64,000 nucleotides of DNA from the human T2T-CHM13v2.0 reference genome, Homo sapiens. The translations under genes and the position numbers were made by a program. How positions within the stretch are numbered: position 1 is the stretch's first letter; every line of letters starts with the position of its first letter. The stretch lies in the NCBI RefSeq assembly GCF_009914755.1, contig NC_060925.1; one strand, 5' to 3'. The notes under the pieces were generated by a model that was not told the origin of the DNA, did no database searches, and worked only from the letters and a program-made list of their open reading frames with translations. This document shows positions 51,081 to 64,000 of this stretch, piece after piece.

Positions 51081-52228
51081 GAATAGTTTTTATCTATTAT
51101 TGCCTCTAGGTCTATCTTGGTTAAAAAGTTCTTTTCAAACCCAAGCTTATACATGTATTCTCTTAAAACTGTTCTATAGTTTTTGTTTACATACAGATTT
51201 TAAGTTTTTTTGGAAATTGATTTTTGTATATGGTGTGAAACAGGGGTCTAACTTTATTTTCCTCCAGGCCAGTTGTGTCCTAACCAATATAAAATAAACC
51301 ATTGTTTTCCCATTGACTTCAAATAGCACTTTTGGCATACAGTCAGATGTTGCTTAACAGTGAGGATATGTTCTGAGAAATGCATCATTAGGTGGTTTTG
51401 TCATTGTGCAAACATCACAGAGTGTACTTACACAAACCTAAATTGTATAGCCTACCACACACCTAGGGCATGGACAATAGAAAAAGTATTCTTCCATTGT
51501 CTCCTTCTTGGCCTTTGTATTAACCTTATGATATTGGTATCGTAATAGGCAAAAAGAAAAGTAGAAGAGAAAAAAATGTCCAGAAATAGATGTCAGTATA
51601 TATATATGATAACTGAATATATAGTCAGGCACTATATAACTACATTTTGGTCAACAATGGACTGCATATATGACAGTGGTCCCATAAGATTATAATACTA
51701 TATTTTTGCCATACCTTTCCTATGTTTATATACACAAATACTTACCACAGTGTTACAATTGCCTACAATATCAGTACAGTAACATGCTGTACAGGTTTGT
51801 AGCCTAGGAGCAATGGGCTATACCATATAGCCTAGATGTGCGGTAGGCTCTATCATCCATGTTTATGTAAGGGCACTCTATGATGTTTACTCAAAGGCAG
51901 AATCACCTAATGATGCATTTCTCAGAACGTATTCCCATTGTTAAGCAATGCATGGCTGTATGCCAAAAGTGCTATTTCAAGTTAATGGGAAAACTATGGT
52001 TTATTTTAAATTGGTTATGACACAACTGGCCTAGAGAAGAATAAAATTGGGATCCCTGCTTCACACCATATACAAAAATAAATTTCCAGAAAAACTTAAA
52101 CTCTATATGTAAACAAAAACTATAGAACAATTTTAAAAGAATATATGTGTAAGCTAGGGTTTGGAGAGAGAAACCTTTTTAATCAAGACAAGAGCCTAGA
52201 GGCAATAAAATATAAAATAAATATATTC
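51081..52228. repeat. Local inverted duplication, arms 51081-51467 and 51831-52228
   Basis: The arms are reverse complements at ~85% identity (by eye) and share the same Tigger3/L1 junction. Confidence 0.85.
51622..51958 (+). mobile_element. Tigger3a-like TcMar DNA transposon
   Basis: tttggtcaacaatggactgcatatatgacagtggtcccataagattataat..gttaagcaatgcatggctg with TA flanks. Confidence 0.82.
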
Positions 52229-53341
52229 GATAATATAAAATATAAAATGTTATATGGCAAAATAAAAACAAAATCACAAGACAAAAAGATTGATAAAAAG
52301 TATGTGCCACAAAAATAACTCACACATAAAATGAATATGCATATCTGTCAGAAGGCTCCTATAAATTGACTATCAACAGAATACAGAAATAGAGACAAAT
52401 AAATATAAAAAGTCAATTTATAGAAGAGAAATGCAAATGGTCAATAAACCAATGAAAATATTTTCTAATGTGGAGAAAATGCAAATTAAAGTAACAATGA
52501 GATGTCTCAACTTATCTACCAAATTAGCAGACAATAAAAACTTACTATTGATGAAAATGTGAAAAAAACCTATTCTGTGCATATATTGCCAGGGGAAATT
52601 TGGATTGTTACAGCTTTTATGGAAAGCAATCCAGATATATATTTTAAATTTTACAATTTACATACTCTGATGGAGAAATCCTTCTGGAAATCTATCTGCT
52701 ATAAGTGAAATTCCAATATGTAAAAATATACATGCAAAGATGTTTACCATAGCATTGTTTGTTGCAGCAAAAAATTAGAAACTGAGTAAATGCCTTTCAA
52801 TATGGTGGAATAAACTGTGATACAATTAAGCCATGGAATATAAGTTAATTATTGAAAAGAACGAGTTGCAGCAGGGCATGATGGCTCACTCCTGTAATCC
52901 CAGCACTTTGGGAGGCCAAGGCAGTAGGATTGCTTGAGCCCAGGAGTTTGAGACCAGCCTGGACCACATAAGGAGATCCCGTACCTACAAAAAAATTTAA
53001 AAATTAGCCAGGTGTGGTGGCTCAGGAGGCTAAGATAGGAGGATTGCTTGAGCCTAGGTGGTCAAGGCTGCAGTGAGCCGTGATTGCACCACTGCACTCC
53101 AGCCTGGGTGACAGGGAAAACCCGTCTCAAAAAAAAAAAAAAAAGAATGAGTTGGATGTATACCACTGAGGGAAATTCCATAATGTATCAAGAGAAAAAA
53201 AAAAGTAAAAAAAACTAGACACAAAGGAATACAGATAATATGATCCCATTTTTGTAAAATACACATGAATTAGAAAAGAAAAGCTTATTATATATAGTTT
53301 ATACGTGATTGTATGAATACAAATGAAGCATGAAAGAATAG

Positions 53342-53756
<415 letters not shown>

Positions 53757-53839
53757 TGATTTTCTATTTAGTAGGAACGATAAAAAATATACGAGGATAC
53801 TAATTTAAATACTGAGATATAGTTCTAAAATAAATTATG

Positions 53840-54935
53840 ATTTTTCTTTTTTCTTTTATTTTAAAATATTTAATTGACAAATATTGTATATACTCAATGT
53901 GTACAATGTGATGAGGCATATGCATATACATTGTGATATGGACAATCAAATTAACCCATCTATTACCACCTATGCTATACATTGGATCCCCAGAACTTTA
54001 TCATCTTAAAACTGAAAGTTTGTACTCTTTGACCATCATCTCTCCATTTTTTCCACTTCGAACTCCTAGCAACCACCATTCTACTTTCTGCCCCTGAGTT
54101 CAACTTTTTGAGATTCCACATACAAGTGAGGTCATACAGTATTTGTCTTTCTGTGTCCAGCTTATTTCACTTAGAATAATATCCTTTAGGTTTATCAATG
54201 CTGTCACAAATGACAGGATTTTTTTTTATGGCTGAATAATCTTTCATTGTATCTAACACATTTTATTTACTCATTCATCTGTCAATGGGCACTTAGGTTG
54301 TTTCCATATCTTGGCCATCGTGAATAATGCTGCAACGAATATGGGGATATAGATATCTCTTCAAGATACTGATTTCATTTCATTTGGATATATACCCAGA
54401 AGTGGGATTGCTTGATCATATGGTAGTTCTATTTTTAATTTTTTGAGGAACCTCCATACTGTTTTCCATAATAGTTGTACCAATTGGTATTTCCACCAAC
54501 AGTATACAAGGTTCCCTTTTCTTCATGCCCTTGTCAACACTTGTTATCTTTTTTCTTTTTGATAATAGCCATCCTAAGAGATGTGAGGTGATATCTCATT
54601 GTGGTTTTAATTAGAATTCTCTGGTGATTAGTGATTTTGAGCACTTCTTTATATATCTGTTGGCAATCTGTGTGTCATCTTTGGAAAAATGCCTATTTAG
54701 GTCTTTTGCCCATTTTTTAATTGGGTTACTTATTTTTCTGCTATGGAGTTTGTTGTACATTTTGATATTAACCCTTTATCAGATATATAGTTTGCATATG
54801 TTTTCTCCCATTTCACAGGTTGCATTTTCATTGTGTTGATTATTTCATTTGCTGTTCAGTAGCTTTTCAGTTTGATATAGTCCCATATGTTTATTTTTGC
54901 TTTTGTCGCTAGTGCTTTTGTTGACATATCCAAAA
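53840..54935 (-). mobile_element. L1MA-like 3' segment (antisense)
   Basis: PolyT start; gattccacatacaagtgaggtcat and tatacccagaagtgggattgct motifs. Confidence 0.85.
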
Positions 54936-57092
<2,157 letters not shown>

Positions 57093-60000
57093 TGAAAGAG
57101 AATAGCTTGAGTGCCTTTAAGCAGTCACAGGAGCATCCACAGATGTTTAAGTTAGATGAATGTGTGCACACATGCTTACTCTGTGTCAGGTATCACTTAG
57201 GTGAACGTTGATGGGTACAGTGATTTTGACCATTATATGGTTTTTCATTTTTTTGTTATATAACATTTATAATTGTAATGAGTCATTCAAGAGAGAAATA
57301 CTAAGGAACATGATGGGGAAATATATCAAAATACTGCAACATATAAAAATGATTTAATTCTACAAGGTTTTTTGAAGAAAGAGACCAAAACTCAGTCTGA
57401 CTTGGATAACTTGATGATCACAGCTCTGGGAGTGATGTGCAGAGACGGTGACAATGCCCAATGGAGAGCGGAATCTTATCTATCCAAAGCACGGTGGAGA
57501 CCAGCAGTAAGAGTTTCCAGTTCCCTGGAACTGGGATTGGCAAAACAAAGTGGGACAGGAGTCTCTAGCCACAGAGTTTCTTGTTTTCCTTGGGGCCCTC
57601 AGCAGTGGTGGGGTTAGTTGGAATAGGGAAGAGCTGGTGAAATCTTGGAAACCTAGTGGAGGTGGACTAAGCAATCTGGAGTCCTGCTGGAATATGCTTA
57701 GCAATTTCCCACCTAATTGTGTTGCTGAAGTACCCACAGGGTTGGCGTCAGGAAAGAATAGGGCATGAGTCTTTGATGCCATTTTGCCTTCTTAGAGGTC
57801 TCATGACTGTCTTTCCAGGGTATCAAAAATAGGAGGTTTCAGTGTCCAAATGCCCCATCCAGTGAAGGCTGTTCTTGGGCAGCATTCTCCATATGTCTCC
57901 AGAAGAAAGGGAGACAAAGCAGTAAATTTTAGTGTTATTGGCTAGACGCTAATTTCCAGTGTATCTGTGGAGAATTAAATTGGACTTGGGAATCATAATT
58001 CCTTCCTCTCTCTGAAAAGTAAAGAAAGACTTTCTCTTTTGGCTGATGAGCCAACAGATCCTTTTTCATATTTTAAATCTCAGTTCTAGGATCTTTGATT
58101 GTGTGAAGAAAAAAAAAATAGAACAAAACTACTGCCTATGGTAGTATCTAACACTGACAATGCAGAGGAGAGGCTAAGAAACAAGATATAAAAGAAAAGC
58201 AGACTATCAGGATTTGTGCTCTGAACATCAAGTAGGAAATGCTATTACTGCAGACACTGATTAGCATTTGTTAAGTGCCTATCATGTGCCAGGCAGAACG
58301 CACAGTACTGAGAACTTTCTTTGTTGAATTATCAGACATTAGCTCTTTGTCCAAACCTCTGTGGAGTGAAGAACCTACAATTGTCCTATTCTTTTCCATT
58401 TCTGTGTTTTATTTCTCCATCGGAAAGATGTGTCTGAAAAGGTAGTCCTCTATTTCAGAGTTCCTCAAACTCAAGGTCAGAACCAAAACATTTTGAAATT
58501 GATTAAATAAGTCTCAAACATCCATTTGTTTTAAAAAAATGAAGTGGAATAAAAAAGAAAGTATCAGAAAGCAGGTAGTAAAGTAGTTCCATGAAATTCT
58601 TGTTTTGATTTTATAGATGTGTGTGTGTACTGGGTCTCTGTGGAAATGTATTTCTTTCTCTGGGTAAAGGTTAAAAAGTTTGAAGAGCACTGACAGATCG
58701 ATTTCACTGCACTGAAATGTACAATGGTTTACATCCAGTGGAAATATGGGGAGTGAATTATGTGTGATAACATCTCCTTAGAAAAACGGGTCATGCTCTG
58801 TTTCTTTAGGAATATTGCCAAACATGCTTACAGAACAAATAGATGGTAAAAGATAAGTGGACTGAGAGATTTCTGATCAGATTGAGTTTTCCTGAAAAAC
58901 CACTTCCCTGAAGATTGCATATCATGTGCCACTTGTTGAAGCTCAGAGCAAACTGTTCAAGCATACAGCTTTCCTTTGCTAATTATACCTATTCTCATGT
59001 CATTTATTGCATTCACTAGTTATAAGTCATTTTCTTCTTCTCTCAAAAGAACCCCTTGTTATATTTCTTAAGTCCATATGCAATCACCTAAAAACACACT
59101 TTATAAATCTCTGGAGTGAGGAATATAGTGGGAACAGATGATACATTTGTGCTTGAATTATTTAAAGCAGCACAGATCATGAGTGCCTAAAATGAGAATT
59201 CAATTGGTAGTTTAATACCAAAATCCCAAGAAAGGTATAACGTAAACAATGATACATTCTTTGTATTTTGTGTGTGGTATTTTAAAAATGAATGCTGACT
59301 AGGTTGTTTGTGTAAATCCTTTGCCAACACAAAAAGCAACAGAATCTTGCAGAGCATGCAAAACAATTTCTTAAGTCTTTTAGCATGTGTGTTTTGATTT
59401 TGAGGAAGGAAAGAAATAGGATTTTTGCAACTTCGAAACAAATCTTCAAGATCTTATATACTCTGGGAGCTCCAAAGTGCTGAAGTAAGCCTGCCGTCAA
59501 TACACTGGATTGAAAATCTTGCACTGCCATCATCTCAGAGAAACAGACAGGAAACTTGAGGTCTGAGAACTGAATTGTGCCAGATATTTGACAGTCTTTT
59601 CTTCTCTTCTTCCCCCAATTTTTTATTTTCAAAAATATCAAACCTACACAAAAGTTGAAAGAATAGCACATACAGGTATTCTAGCACACACATCTATAGA
59701 GGTGCCTTCTATTTCAGTTAACCAATTGTTAACATTTTGTCACATTTGCTTTCATATATATATGTATATATGTGTGCATGTATATAGATATATTAATAGA
59801 TATATGTGTCTATGTGTGTATATATATGGGGGGGTATGTGTGTGTCAGTTGCAGATATCATGACAATTTTCCCCTAAATACTTCAGCAACTATCTCCTAA
59901 GAATAAAGGTAATCTTCCACATCACCATAATATTTAACATTGATTTAGTAATGTCTTCTCATGCAGAGCCTAATCTAAATTTCCCTATTGTTTCAGCACC

Positions 60001-62287
60001 TGGTATTCTTGGTCCTGGGCCAAGACTGCATTCCTCAGCTCTTCCAATTCCTAGACTGAACAATTCCCTTAAATCTGCAATATATCTTCCTTACCCTATG
60101 CAGGGGACTGTTTCCTAGCCAAGCCTGTACATTAATATTCTGCCCCCTAACCCCCCACAAGCACTGAGGGATGGAAGGAACATGACTGACATAACAGAGA
60201 GAGGCGATTGCCAGTCTGGAAGTCCTCCTGGGGAAAGCAATGTTCTTCCTTTAACCCTGAGCAGATGAGCCAGGAATCTTCAAGCTGTAGGACATTGGTT
60301 CCAAACTTGCTCCTACATAAAAGGTCTGCTGTGCTGGAGGGACATTTGCACTTAATGCCAAGGCCACCTCCACTCTACCTACCGTGGCATGCAAGGCCCT
60401 TCATGAGCTGGCTTCTGTTTATCTCTCCAACCTTATCCCCTCCTTAAAACCTACTCTCCAGCCTCCCTTAACAAATGAAGTTCTCTTTGACCTCTAGGCT
60501 GTCGCTCATGTTTCTTCTGCCCAGATGACGATTTCTACCCTTTCACTCCCAGGATCCCCCATGATGCATTCTCTGAGCACCTCTGGCCTCCGAAGCCTAA
60601 GCTGCTTCTCCCCTGGCTCCCATCACTCATCCCTTCTCCTTTCTACGCTGCCACAATCTATTGTAATTGCCCGTTTATTTGTCTGTAGCCCAGACGGTAG
60701 AAACCATGTGGGTAGAGCTATGTCTCCTCAGTCCCTGGCACAGCACCAGCCCATAGTAAGTGTTCAAGCAGTATTTATCAAATGGACATCTACATGTTGC
60801 ATGAACTCCTGTTGTTGAGGAATTGGGCCCCTCGTAGTTTATGCATTCCTTGACACCCTGTTTCATGTGAGGTGCTCAGTGGCTATGTACTACATGGTGG
60901 AATATCCACCCTCCAGGAGTTATGCTCTCAATAGGGAGGCAAGTCTAAAATGCACAAAGGGCCAAATAGCAGTACAAAAAACTGGGTAAGAGATGGCCAA
61001 CACACCTGCATCCACAGGTCTGACTATGCATTGGAATCATCCAAGGGGACTTGCTGAAAATACAAATTCCTGGTCTCCCTAAGAGGTTTTCATCAAGAAG
61101 GTCCAGGGATCTCTTGATGTAAGTGACTCAGGGAATTCCGACGCACGTGGACCAAGGACTAAACTTTAGGAACCATTGGCAATTAGGGGAAAGCTTCATC
61201 AGATGGAGTGGTCATAGGGCCCTTCCACCAGACCCTTCAGTGCCTCTGTATGAATGAGAAAAAGGCACCCCGTTGGAAGGATACCACCCATGGGCACATG
61301 GCCTGGTGTGTGGAGGCCAGGTGTGCTCTACTTGCCGTCCTCATCAGGACGCCCTTGTAGAGGGCATGATGCTTTGATATTAATCATGGCTTTGTCCTGG
61401 ATGCCCCTGAAACAGTATCTAAGCACTTTTTTCACATCCCTTCAAAGTCCTCCGTAGCTGCACATAAGGAGATAAACAATAGTCATTATAATGTATGTTA
61501 TACATATAATGTTCCACATTGGCTGGTCAAGTGAATCCCAATAAACATAGAAACCACACAAAACAAATGACTTAAACACTATTATTTGCCTTACGCCTCC
61601 CACTTCAAGGCAGCCAAACCCCGGGTGTGGCCCCACAGCTGAGGGAGGTTATTTCAGATGTGAGATCCTCCAGTGAGCTTTGTGAACAGCATATGTTTGC
61701 AGCACTTGAAAAGGAATGTCTGACTGTACTGATACGGACTCCTACAAAACCCGAAGAGTCAAACACTGGGTCACAGGGTAACCAACTAGCCATTTTCCAA
61801 AGAGATGAATCCTGGTGGTGCAAATCTCCCTAAGTAATCCCTAGAGGTTCAAGCTCATCAACATTTATTGGGTACTATAATATACAAGGCACTCTGCTCA
61901 GTTCCAGTGGTGGGAGTGTGAAGATGAAGAAGGCATGATGCCTGCCCTCAAGGAGACAAAAATATAGTAAACAGAAACTCCATCTAAGTAAGATGATGTT
62001 GTAACACCTCTAAAAATGGTTCAGACACAGTGCTATTGGTGAACGGAAAAATGAAGATTTTATTCCACATAGAAGGACTGGCAAAGGCTTAATGGAGCAG
62101 GTGGAATGTTCCCAGAGTGTTGAAAACTAGATAGGGTTTTGACAAATAGATAGCACTGGAAAAAGATATTAAGGCTGCTGGAATCTTGGCTGTCAAACTA
62201 ATTAGCTGTGTGACTATAGGAAAGTCACTTAACCTCTCTGAGTTTTAATTCTCTTATGACTAAAATTAGGAAAATGATGACACAAGG

Positions 62288-62646
62288 TGCTATCGTCTGA
62301 ATGTTTCTGTCCCCTGATAAATTTGTATGTTGAAATCCCAATCCCCAAGGTGATAATATTAGGAGGTGGAGCTTTTGGGGAGGTGATGAGTCACTGGGGC
62401 AGAGCCCTCATGAATGGGATTAATGCCCTTACAACAGAGGCCCAAGGAAGCTTCCTTGCCCCTTTCATCATGACACAGTCAGGAGGTGCTGTACTATGAA
62501 CCAGAAAGCAGGTCCTCACCAGACACCAAATCTACTGGCACCTTGATCTTGGACTTCTAGTCTCTGGAACTGCAAGAAATAAATTTCTGTTTATAAGCCA
62601 CCTAGTTTATGGTATTTGTTATAATAGACCGAACATACTAAGACAC
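62288..62646. mobile_element. MLT1A-type MaLR solo LTR
   Basis: tgctatcgtctgaatgttt..aaataaatttctgtttataagcc..ctaagaca. Confidence 0.82.
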
Positions 62647-63376
62647 AAGGTTGCTCTGAGTAAAAAATGAAATGACATGCATGAGAGCACTTACCGCAGT
62701 GTCCAGCACCTAACAGGTGCACCCAGTCATCTGTTCTGCTGTTCCTATGTAAGAGGAGGAAATAGGGTGAGCAGGCTGAAGACTTTGTGGGGAGAATGGG
62801 AAGAGGTCTCATTGGAGCAGAAGGTAGGGTGAATGAAGAATATGGCTGGAAAACTGATCTGGGGCCAAGTGGGAGTGGCCCAGTGCATGAGAAGCCCTTG
62901 GAGGATGTGCTGAAGGGCCTGTCCTTGATTTGTCACATAATAGTGGACACAGCTATCTGAATCCAATCAGAATACTATTAATTGTTCCTCAAATCCAGTC
63001 ATAATGCAATCTGAATACTCTATAACTAAATATTAATTTGTAAAGTTTACCTCCCACAAAATTAACCTCCAGCAAAGACTAATCACAACTGTTATTTTAA
63101 GAGCAGCAACTTAATACAACTAACTATTAAATAGGTATTAAAGAACTAAAAATAACTAAGGTATCAGAAAGGAAGCAGCTTCAGGGAGAAGCTTTGTTCC
63201 CTAGAGCTTAGGAAACTAATAGAAGAATATGGACTTATTAAAACTTGGAAGTATGGAGCAGTATGGCAGTTTCTCAAAAAATATATAATAGAATTACCTA
63301 GTATGTAGCAGTTCCACTGCTAGATATATATTCCAAAGAACTGTAAGCAGAGACTCAGAGATATTTGTACACACAT

Positions 63377-63746
63377 TGTATTCTCACACTGCTATGAAGA
63401 ACTGCCTGAGACTGGGTAATTTATGAAGAAAAGAGGTTTAATTGACTCACAGTTCCGCATGGCTGGGGAGGCCTCAGGAAACTTGCAATCATGGCAGAAG
63501 GCAAAACGGAACCAAGACAGGTCTTCACATGGTGGTAGGAGAGAGAGAGAGAAGGGGGAAGTGCCATACTTTTAAACTATTTTGTGTTTTAAAATTTTTT
63601 GATTTTGTGAGAACACTATGATGAGAACAGCAAGGGGGAAATCCACACCCATGATCCAATCACCTCCCACCAGGCCCCTCTCCTGACAAGCGAAAATTTC
63701 AATTCAACATGAGATTTGGGTGGGGACACAGAGCCAAACTATGTCA
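63377..63746. mobile_element. THE1-type MaLR solo LTR nested in an old L1M 3' end (~63255-64000, +)
   Basis: cctgagactgggtaatttatgaagaaaagagg..ggctggggaggcctcaggaaac..ggggacacagagccaaac; L1M sequence resumes on both sides. Confidence 0.85.
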
Positions 63747-64000
63747 CCCATGTTCATAGAGGCACTATTTGCAAGAGCCAAAAGATGGAAGTAACCCAAG
63801 TGTCCATCAATGAATGCATGGATAAACGTTTTAATTACCTACAATGAAATATTGTTCAACTCCAAAAAGAGAGTAAATTCTGACACATGCTATAAGGTGG
63901 ATGAAGCTTGAGGATATTATGCTAAATGAAATAAGCCAGGGACAAATAGACAAATATTGTATGACTCAACTTATGTGAGGTACTTAGAGTAGTCAAAATC

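Noticed and set aside
57372-57782. Overlapping ORFs in a GC-richer, apparently unique patch
   Set aside because: No recognisable homology or consistent splice structure.

Overview
Human (or very close great-ape) genomic DNA, AT-rich, CpG-depleted and dense in repeats. It matches the BROX-FAM177B locus (chr1q41, recognised from the encoded proteins). Bases 924-6470 hold the last six coding exons of BROX (+), ending in the CAAX box CYIS, followed by a long Alu-containing 3' UTR. Bases 20309-23821 hold the complete four-exon, 158-aa CDS of FAM177B (+). The rest is intronic or intergenic, built from about 30 Alu segments, young and old L1s, L2/MIR, MaLR/ERV LTRs and DNA-transposon remnants. Almost all ORF-track entries are repeat-derived noise. 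I see no evidence of a new gene or multi-gene system. The best unexplained structures are: (1) a TSD-flanked, 3'-UTR-only retrocopy carrying its own acceptor and polyA signal upstream of the FAM177B coding exons; (2) a TSD-flanked, polyadenylated LTR-fragment retrocopy; (3) an old ~390-bp local inverted duplication and a 68-bp templated insertion inside an Alu; (4) possible isoform switches at the BROX 3' end; (5) a putative PP1-docking motif in FAM177B. Repeat subfamily names and most repeat boundaries are by eye and approximate.
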